DNA from: Podarcis muralis
Taxonomy: Eukaryota
Reading direction: 5' to 3'
Length of the DNA: 64,000 nucleotides
NCBI RefSeq assembly: GCF_964188315.1
Contig: NC_135658.1
Location: 1,736,001-1,800,000, forward strand
Under the pieces are notes generated by a model, which saw only the letters and a program-made list of their open reading frames with translations, did no database searches and had not been told where the DNA came from. Positions 56,804 to 64,000 of the stretch are shown here, piece by piece. How positions within the stretch are numbered: position 1 is the stretch's first letter; every line of letters begins with the position of its first letter. The translations under genes and the position numbers were made by a program.

Positions 56804-57760
56804 CTAGCAGCACCTCCACCTCCCTGTCCGCGAGAACACGTGGGTGACTCGCTCCCGTATCTGCCTCGTTCTCACCCCGTAGACGATGGGGTTGAGCATG
56901 GGGGGCACGATGACGTAGAGGTTGGCCAGCAGGATGTGGATGCAGCTGGGGATGTTGTGGCCAAAGCGGTGGGTGAGGAAGGAGAAGAAGGCAGGCATGT
57001 AGAACATCAGGATGATGCAGATGTGGGAGCCGCAGGTGCGGAGAGCCTTGAGGCGGGCCTCCTTGGAGGAGAGCTGGAAGACGGCCCTGAGGATCAAGCC
57101 GTACGACAAGGCAATGAGCACCACGTCCACCCCTGAGGACAGGAGGGTCGTCGTGAAGCCGTACCAGATGTTGATGGTGATGTCTCCGCAGGCCAGGCGG
57201 GCAATGCCCATGTGTTCGCAGTAGGTGTGCTGCATGGTGCTGTGGCCGCAGTAGGGCAGCCTCTTGAGGAGGAAGATGGGTGGGGACATGATGCACAGCC
57301 CCCTGACCACGGCCGCCAGGGCCACCTTCCCAATCACCGACGGGGTCAGGATGGCCATGTAGCGCAGCGGGTCGCAGATGGCAACGTAGCGGTCAAAGGC
57401 CATGGCCAGCAGGATGGTGGACTCCGCGATGAAGCTGAAGTGGGTGAAGAACATCTGGGCAATGCAGGCGTCGAAGGAGATCTTCCTGGAGCCGAACCAG
57501 AAGATGGCCAGCATCTCGGGCACAGTGACCGTGGACAGCAGGAGGTCCGACACAGAGAGCATGGCCAGGAAGAGGCACATGGGCTGGCGAAGGCTGTGGT
57601 CCGTGGCAATGAGGAAGAGGAGGAACGAGTTCCCCAAGAGGGCCACGACGTACATGAGGCAGAAGGGGACAGAAATCCACACGTGGGATTCCTCCATGCC
57701 AGGGATGCCGGTCAGGACAAACGTGACGGGGTCAAAGCTGCTGTCATTGAGAGCAGCCAT
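56804..57760 (-). CDS. Class I olfactory receptor family 52 (OR52B-like), intact, 318 aa
   Basis: OR52 motifs; NDS glycosylation site; acceptor TTTCTCTCTCCCTAG 44 nt upstream (AG at 57806-57805). Confidence 0.93.
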   Translation of the reverse strand: MAALNDSSFDPVTFVLTGIPGMEESHVWISVPFCLMYVVALLGNSFLLFLIATDHSLRQPMCLFLAMLSVSDLLLSTVTVPEMLAIFWFGSRKISFDACIAQMFFTHFSFIAESTILLAMAFDRYVAICDPLRYMAILTPSVIGKVALAAVVRGLCIMSPPIFLLKRLPYCGHSTMQHTYCEHMGIARLACGDITINIWYGFTTTLLSSGVDVVLIALSYGLILRAVFQLSSKEARLKALRTCGSHICIILMFYMPAFFSFLTHRFGHNIPSCIHILLANLYVIVPPMLNPIVYGVRTRQIRERVTHVFSRTGRWRCC

Positions 57761-57914
57761 GATGACGGGAGGCGAAAGGTCTTCTCCGCTGGTGTCTCCT
57801 GCTCCTAGGGAGAGAGAAAGATGACAAAATCAATAGCCCGCAGGACCACATCAAGGAAGTAATAGCACCACTGGAGTGTAAGCAGTAACAGTGGGAAAGA
57901 GAAGCAGCACCTTG

Positions 57915-57959
<45 letters not shown>

Positions 57960-58059
57960 GCAAATCTTTAAATCTGTGTTAAATTTGAATGAATTTGTTG
58001 TGAATTTCTTAACAAAACTGGAAAACTAATAAAAATTATTTGGTTAAAAAAAAAGGTAA

Positions 58060-59030
58060 CAGCACTCCTGTATTCTGCCTTGGTGAGGCCCCACCTGGAC
58101 TCTGGTGTCCAGTTCTGGGCACCCCAGTTTCAGAAGGATATTTTCAAGCTGTGCAGAGGAGGGCAACCAGATGATCCAAGGTCTGGAGACCAAGCCTTAT
58201 GAGGAACGGTTCAGGGATTTGGGGACGTTTAGCCTGGAAAAAAGGGAGACTGAGAGGTGATAAGAAAGCCATCTTCAAATATCTGAAGGACTATCACATG
58301 GAAGATGGAGCAAGCTTTTGGCTGTTTTGGAGGGCAGGACCCAAACTAATGGATCTAAATGACAAGGATGGAGATTCTGGCTCAACATTTGGAAGAACTT
58401 TTTGACTGTAAAAGCCTATTGGCAGTGGAATGGGCTCCCTTGGGAGCTTGTGGGCTCTCATTCTTTGGTGGCTTTTAAGGTCCGTATAGTTAAAGCTCTG
58501 GTTTTCCCAGTAGTGATGTATGGAAGTGAGAGCTGGACCATAAAGAAGGCTGATCGCTGAAGAATTGATGCTTTTGAATTATGGTGCTGGAGGAGACTCT
58601 TGAGAGTCCCATGGACTGCAAGAAGATCCAACCTCTCCATTCTGAAGGAAATCAGCCCTGAGTGCTCACTGGAAGGACAGATCCTGAAGCTGAGGCTCCA
58701 AGACTTTGGCCACCTCATGAGAAGAGAAGAGTCCCTGGAAAAGACCCTGATGTTGGGAAAGATGGAGGGCACAAGGCGAAGGGGACGACAGAGGATGAGA
58801 TGGTGGGACGGTGTTCTTGAAGCTACCAGCATGAGTCTGGCCAAACTGCGGGAGGCAGTGGAAGACAGAAGTGCCTGGCGTGCTCTGGTCCAGGGGGTCA
58901 CAAAGAGTCGGACACTGCTAAACGACTAAACAACAACAACAAAGCAGAGGTTGGATGGTCACCTGCATTGCAGGGGGTTGGACTAAATGACCTCTGCTGT
59001 CCCTTTCAACCCTACAATTCTATGATTCTG
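58060..59030 (+). mobile_element. CR1 3' fragment interrupted by BovB
   Basis: CR1 sequence resumes after 58942 (AAGCAGAGGTTGGATGG...ATTCTATGATTCT). Confidence 0.8.
58478..58942 (+). mobile_element. BovB-type RTE LINE 3' fragment
   Basis: RT C-terminal ORF 58600-58929; (CAA)n tail. Confidence 0.9.
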
Positions 59031-61482
59031 TTACTCTCTTTCAGAGAGCACTTTGTTACTCTCTTCCAGCAAGCCGAATTGGTACATCTGTGGAAAGCCA
59101 GTATGAAGAGATCCCTGATCCTGATTGTTCAGAGCTACAACAAGGGTTTGTTTGATAGCTGCCAGCGTTGGTCTCGCCTTTGACCTTTTCACGCCTTTTC
59201 TGGGCTCTCTTGGTGCTTTGTACTTCCCCATCTGCTGCTTCTGGCCCCAGTGATAGACACAGACACAGCCTGTTGTTACAGCAGGAGGCAGAGGCAGCCT
59301 TTGGGCAAGCCTTTTGGAAGGGAGGGAGGGAGGGAGGGAGGGATGTCCAGAAAATAGAAACACAAGACGCATTTAGGTGTTCAGATCCCTGCACAGCTTT
59401 TAAAAATGATTAACGAAATAATTATTTGGGTGCCCCAGGCTGTTCTAGACTTGTCCTGGAAACAGGGCAAAGGAACAAGTTCTGCACTCCCTGCCCTCTT
59501 ACCCCCCAGTCACTGAGAGACACAAAGAATAAATCCTAGAAGCATTATAAGCCTCCCTTGTGGGCCCCATGTTGCCTTCTTGGCCTGCTTCTCTGTGCGG
59601 CATCTAACTGGGTCTCTTTGGCCCAGCTGCCGGACTCCCCTGAGGTTCTCATGCAAGTAAGGCAAACTCTGCTTTCTCGGTGAATTCAGCCAGGCTTGAG
59701 TCCAGTCCTTCACTCTACCCAGTGCCAGAAGGTGGCTTTGAATAGGTCTCCCCATAGCTCAGGAAGAATCCCATAACTGCACATGACAAACGATGATGTT
59801 TTCATGGTCCTACATTCCATTCCCAGGGCCACGCACAGAGCGGTCTCACAGATGTTCGTTCCTGCCCTGAGTGTCCTCATCAGTTGGCAGCAGAGCCACA
59901 ATGGGAAGGATCTCGGTGCCTCTGCACTGTCATTGCTCGGTGGGTGACCTTCACGGCCAAGTGGGGATCTGAACCCTGGTGTCCCAGGTCCCTGTCTCTC
60001 AGGGCCAAGCATTGTCTGCTCCCCATCTCAGGCCAGTCATCTTCTCTCCTCCAACCATAGGAATCTAGGAAGCTGACTGATAGGGAGTCAGCCTCTTGGT
60101 CCATCTAGCTCAGGGGAGTCCAACACACAGCCCAAGGGCCACATGTGGCCCTCAAGGCCTTTCTGTGGCCCTCAACAACATTTGGTGCCTTTCCAAAACC
60201 AGTAAGCAAGGCACTGGGCTTTGGGAAGGAAATGTGAGAGCTCTGCCAGCGTCCTGGGACCTCCACCATGCCTGACAGAAAAACTGAGCCACATCCCTTC
60301 CCGTACCCACCTTGCAGGGTTGCGGTGAGGATAGAACAAGCCCGAGGGGCAGCTGTTTAAGCACCTTGGGTTTTCTGGGCATGAAAGCAAAGCAACAAGC
60401 AGGACTTACTTTCAGGGCGGCTGCTCTTGAGTTCTCAGGGACACTCGCCTTGAGCAGCAGGAGGTGAGGAAATGCCTTTGATAGGAAGAGAGCGGGCAGA
60501 AAAGCCCCACCACCGCTGGGGAAGGAAGTGGCACTGGTCTCAATGCTTCCGGACTGGGAATTCCAGCAAGGGGGGCGTGCTACAGGGAGCTCCCAGCTGC
60601 AGTGGGCCATCCAGGCTCTGAATTAAAGATTAACAGGACCTGTCTGAGCTCTTTCCTTCCTGCCTGCTCCTTTGGCGTTCACATGCCAAGGGATGGGAGT
60701 CCTCCGCATTGTCATGGAAACCTCTGCCCGCCCACCCCCACCCTTGCCTTTCCCTGTCCGTGCCAGCCCCTTCTCCCTAAGACCGCCAGCAGAGCCCTTT
60801 GCGGTGGAGGGAGAGAGGAGAACCACCTGCTACCTGCTGCCAAGGACTGGCGAAAGAGGCGCAGCCTGCTTAGCAACTGGGAAAGGGGACATCCAGGCAG
60901 GATGCCTACATAAGAACCTCGGAGGAACCTAGGAGGCCAATGGTTCATCTAGTTCCAGTGCCCTGTTCTCAAAGTAACCAGGGTTGTCCCCGTCCCCGTC
61001 CCCCCCCAGAACTCAGTTCCGGCCCCTCTCAGGTGGGTGCCATTGCCGTTATAAGAGAACAAGGGAGAAGTTCGTGGTGAGTTCCAGCAGCTCTTTTTCT
61101 GGGAAAATTGCACAGGCAGTAACCAAGGAGTTGTCCCCAGTGGGAAGCCCTCAGGCAGGATTCAAGAGCCCTCTCCCTTCCTGCGTTTTCCAGCAACTGC
61201 CGTTCAGAAGCATCGTTGCCTCCAACCATCAAAAGCTCTTTCCACCTCCATGAATTTTGAAATGTGGTTGTGAAGAAGAGCAGAGGTCGGAAAGAGAGAG
61301 AGAGAGAGAGAGAGCAGAGAGAGTTATTGGCACGGGGTGATGGCAGGGTCATGCACTGCCTTTGAGGGGTGCTGAGTCCCTGCAGGTCCTGGATTTTCTG
61401 GGACGTGCCCCTTCATCATTGTGCAGGGAGCTTCTCTTGAGTGCCACCTGTGTCTGCAGAACAGACACCATTCTGAGCGTAG

Positions 61483-61727
61483 CTCAGCAAACTTTTTCAG
61501 CAGGGGGCTGGTCCACTGTCCCTCAGACCTTGCGGGGGGTGGACTATATGGGGGGGGGGGGGAATGAACAAATTCCTATGCCCCACAAATAACCCAGAGA
61601 TGTGTTTTAAATAAAAGCACACATTCTACTCATGTAAAAACACGCTGGTTCCCGGACCATCTGAAGGCCGGATTCAGAAGGCGATTGGGCTGGATCCGGC
61701 CCCCGGACCTTAGTTTGCCTACCCATG
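61483..61727. mobile_element. Second copy of the about 250-bp hAT MITE
   Basis: Aligns with 55226-55477; right TSD GCGTAGGA; left end slightly deleted after GCGTAG. Confidence 0.82.
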
Positions 61728-62349
61728 GCGTAGGATATGCAGTGTGGCGAACAGAGCTATTAGAAAAATGATCTCATAAGACCAAGGGCACAAGAGGACA
61801 AAAGGACCACGACCATTTTCATGCTATTGGGCATGATTTTATTGTACAAACGAATAATGAAGCACACAGATGCGCCTTCAGCATATAATATGGTCTGGCT
61901 TGTATGAATGTGTCTTATCATCATCATAATTTTTGACCCATTACAATCTGACTCCTTCAGAGAAACAATTAGTAATGAAATAGCTGCAATAATAAGAGGA
62001 AACCAGTGGGTTATAATTTACCCAATTCAGATCTGAAGCGGGTTTCATGTATATGCAAAAATTCCTTTATAATGTCTCATTATCCTGCATTTTGTTGATT
62101 TTTTAATGCTGATTTTAGTTACAGCTTTTGCATTTTAAGCTGTCTTTCTATTGACAATTGCACCAAAAATTCAGCAAAAAACCCAATTGTAATAAAAAGG
62201 ATGTGGTGGTTTGTTGATACTGCAGATTGAGCTCCATCCCAATTAAATTTCATTTCATTTATTTTATAAAATTTACACAGTGCTTGATTGAAACAACAAC
62301 AACTACAGGAAAAAATAAAACAAAACAATTGAACGTGTGCCTGGAATCC

Positions 62350-62541
62350 TCAGCGCCACTTCCCAGGCTGCCAGAGCAGCTGAACCAGGCACTCGCGGAT
62401 CTGCTTGGTTTTCACCCCATAGACAATGGGGTTCAGCATAGGGGGCACTGTGACAAAGACGTTGGCCAGCAGGATGTGAGCAGGGCGAGGGATGCTGTTG
62501 GCTGCAAACCTGTACGCGAAGATGGAGAAGAAGGCTGGGAC
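62350..62541 (-). pseudogene. OR52 3' fragment (TM6 to stop) cut by the CR1 insertion
   Basis: Reads [50 protein letters not shown]...*; OR homology ends abruptly at 62541. Confidence 0.9.
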
Positions 62542-63316
62542 ACCAACACAGGAGTCAGATATATGGAGAAACGTGACTCAAAGAAGTAGGAGGCTCAGGG
62601 TTCGCTCTGATTGTTTAGAAATACGCAATCGCTTTGAGGTCCTTTCCCCTAGCATGGAAGACGAAGAGCAGACTCCATTTGAGGATCTCTCCCTCATTAC
62701 AGTCGATCAGGTATATGAAGACGAGGAGCAAAGGCAGTCCTCTGGGAATGTCCAGGCGACCTTGGAACCGACAGCTCACAGAAGAACCCCGACCAGACCT
62801 AAGAGGAGGCGTGTAGTGGTGATAGGGGATTCCCTACTGAGGGGAACAGAAGCAGTGATCTGTGGGCCTGACAAGATGTCTCGGGAAGTGTGCTGTCTCC
62901 CCGGGGCTAAGATCCAAGATGTAACTGAACGACTGCAAGGAATCATAAAACCCACTGACAAATACCCCTTCCTCTTGGTTCATGTGGGAACCAATGACAC
63001 TGCAAGCAATAGCCTCCAGAAGATCAAAAGAGATTACGAGGCTCTGGGCAGGAAATTGAAGCAATTAAATGCACAAATTGTCATCTCATCTGTCCTCCCA
63101 GTTGAACGCCGTGGCCCAGGGAGAGAGGGAAAAATAGTGGAAGTGAACAACTGGCTTCGCAAATGGTGCAAACAGGAACGGTTTGGATTCTTAGATCACG
63201 GAATGCAGTTTCTTGAAGATGGACTTCTGGCAAGCGATGGGCTGCACCTCACAACGGTTGGGAGGAATGTTTTTGCAAAAAATCTCAGAAACCTCATCAG
63301 GAGGGCTTTAAACTGA
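62542..63316 (+). CDS. CR1 ORF1 C-terminal part with SGNH/GDSL esterase domain
   Basis: VIGDSL, CLPGA, HVGTND and DGLHL blocks. Confidence 0.9.
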
Positions 63317-64000
63317 CTAATGTGGGGGAGGGAGACAGTGCTCCTGAAGGTAGGAGTCTATCAATTGATGAAGATGATCATCCAAATGTCATAGACCGAA
63401 TGGAGCAAAGAGCATGCAGACCTAGTGGTGGGAGGAGAAAATCCTTAAATAAGAGACACGGGGGAATGATTAATGGACTTCAATGTCTGTACACTAATGC
63501 GCAAAGCATGGGAAATAAACAAGATGAGCTTGAGCTCCTGGTACAGCAAACTAAATATGACATAATAGGAATCACTGAAACCTGGTGGGATAAATCCCAC
63601 GATTGGAATGTAATAATGGAGGGATACAATCTATTTCAAAGAAACAGACCAGACAAGAAAGGAGGAGGAGTGGCGTTATATGTCAGGGATGTGTATACCT
63701 GTGAAGAGATCCAAGATTTAGAACCTCAAAGCCAAAGTGAGAGCATTTGGGTCAAAATTAAGGGAGAGAAGAATAACAGTGACCTCATTGTGGGAGTTTA
63801 CTATAGATCCCCAAGCCAAACGGAGGACATAGATGATGCCTTCCTGGAACAGATGGCCAAGCATGCAAAAGGAAGGGAGATAGTAGTAATGGGGGACTTC
63901 AATTACCCGGATATTTGTTGGATGTCAAACTCAGCCAAGAGCATAAGGTCAAACAGATTCCTCACTGCCCTTGCAGACAACTTCATTGTCCAGAAAGTGG
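63307..64000 (+). CDS. CR1 ORF2 N-terminus (APE endonuclease), incomplete; first ATG at 63400
   Basis: [44 protein letters not shown]; open to the window end in the -1 frame relative to ORF1. Confidence 0.92.

Larger units (their letters stand above)
62542..64000 (+). mobile_element. Young CR1 LINE, 5'-truncated within ORF1, running off the window
   Basis: Open ORF1 remainder and ORF2 with no stops. Confidence 0.95.

Noticed and set aside
1-64000. Beta-globin genes, an olfactomedin-5 remnant or a J-element-like class I enhancer expected from mammalian synteny
   Set aside because: No globin or olfactomedin exons and no convincing enhancer motif cluster seen by eye; they may lie outside the window

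Overview
Vertebrate genomic DNA, most likely a squamate and probably a lacertid lizard (Sauria SINE, Squam3-like SINE, BovB-type RTE, CR1, L1, L2, Rex1, hAT and Tc1/mariner MITEs). The window is part of a class I olfactory receptor cluster. On the + strand are one OR51I-like gene and a four-unit tandem OR51 array (three intact ORFs, one frameshifted), each unit with its own promoter, non-coding exon 1 and intron. On the - strand are three highly diverged intronless ubiquilin genes interleaved with two intact OR52 genes, then an OR52 broken by a young CR1 that runs off the window end. The OR51I - ubiquilins - OR52 order mirrors the mammalian UBQLN3/UBQLNL locus (recalled from memory, not searched). 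Best leads: (1) the ubiquilin trio, which shares a 24-bp dual CRE-like upstream motif; two of the three lack the UBA domain and one has an acidic tract locally frameshifted into an Arg-rich tract; (2) a 250-bp foldback with a degenerate hammerhead ribozyme in one arm; (3) a complete 1.84-kb TSD-flanked half-L1-like element; (4) a reciprocal D2.50E/E3.39D swap in the tandem OR51s; (5) a U_UUA_AAC slippery site at the CR1 ORF1/ORF2 junction. All alignments were made by eye; no searches were run.
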